Under the pieces are notes generated by a model. It had not been told where the DNA came from and did not search any database. It saw only the letters and a list, made by a program, of their open reading frames with translations. From positions 1-64,000 of IMG/VR virus record IMGVR_UViG_3300045974_000166: DNA of 64,000 bases; one strand, 5' to 3'. Shown here in pieces: positions 63,420-64,000 of this stretch; position 1 is the first letter of the stretch, and every line of letters starts with the position of its first letter. Both the position numbers and the translations under genes were made by a program. The DNA is from a virus.

Positions 63420-64000
63420 AAGTAAAACATCCATCTCATCTCCGGGTGAGATAAACATAAGACGTTTTGATCTTAGATCTACCAATGGTAAGATGTTTAG
63501 TCTTTCGACTCAGGTTGCAGATTTGACTCTATACGAAGATGTGTTTTCAAACACTATGTCTGGATATGCAATTATTCAGGACTCATTAGATCTTATTAAT
63601 ACACTTCCAATTATGGGAGAAGAAATTCTTTACATAGATCTTCAGACACCATCTTTGACTAAGAGTATAACAAAGACATTTTATGTCTATAAGTTAGCTG
63701 GCCTGGCTCAAAAGAAACGCGCCTCAACTTATATGCTTTATTTTTGTTCTTTTGAACTAATTAGTTCATTGAATTCAAAAATTTCAAAATCATTTAAAGG
63801 TAACATCACAGATACAGTTAAAGAAATCTTTGGTAGTAAACGATTCCTTGCATCAGAAAAGAATATTGTTTCTGATACTACAGCTAATGACTATTCATTT
63901 GTTGCTCCGTTTTGGTCGCCACTTCAGACAATCAATTGGTTGACTACTAAGAGTTTAAATAAGAGAGGTATCTCTAACTTCTTATTTTTTGAGAATAACA
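63412..64000 (+). CDS. baseplate hub protein (gp27-like), truncated by window end
   Basis: ATG 63412, frame open to the end; LYEDVFS.TMSG..I.DS.DLI..LPI.GEE pattern. Confidence 0.75.
   Translation, partial: MAESKTSISSPGEINIRRFDLRSTNGKMFSLSTQVADLTLYEDVFSNTMSGYAIIQDSLDLINTLPIMGEEILYIDLQTPSLTKSITKTFYVYKLAGLAQKKRASTYMLYFCSFELISSLNSKISKSFKGNITDTVKEIFGSKRFLASEKNIVSDTTANDYSFVAPFWSPLQTINWLTTKSLNKRGISNFLFFENN

Noticed and set aside
1-64000. Stop-codon reassignment (alternative genetic code)
   Set aside because: Conserved core genes are full length under code 11; no suppressor tRNA seen

Overview
64-kb fragment of a large T4-like (Tevenvirinae/Straboviridae-type) myophage genome. The + strand (1-23103) runs from the end of a gp32-like gene through uvsX and helicase 41. 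It then carries a long cluster of virion appendage and tail-fibre genes, a PAAR (gp5.4) gene and the large terminase (17). The - strand (23.2-58.5 kb) is the early/replication region. It holds a circularly permuted two-piece tmRNA gene, a tRNA(CAU), dozens of small orphans, thyX, DNA ligase, an NAD-salvage/ADP-ribose cluster (Nampt, NadM-Nudix, NADAR, macrodomain), topoisomerase 52 and 39+60, RNA ligase 1, and genes 59, 33, rnh, 46, 47 and 55. This region is punctuated by about 16 copies of a stereotyped sigma70-type promoter cassette. The end of the window holds genes 4, 2, 26(+51), 54, 48, 53 and a truncated baseplate hub gene. Top observations: (1) a phage-borne permuted tmRNA (tag ANDEKFALAA) under a late-promoter motif with a Y-shaped 5' leader; (2) promoter cassettes with a built-in stop codon, including a leaderless subclass; (3) an NAD-rebuilding and de-ADP-ribosylation island; (4) a likely -1 frameshift fusing gp26 to a gp51-like tail; (5) an AUU-initiated virion gene; (6) tail fibres with conserved DNA boxes around variable domains. 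All product calls rest on motifs recognised by eye; no searches were run.
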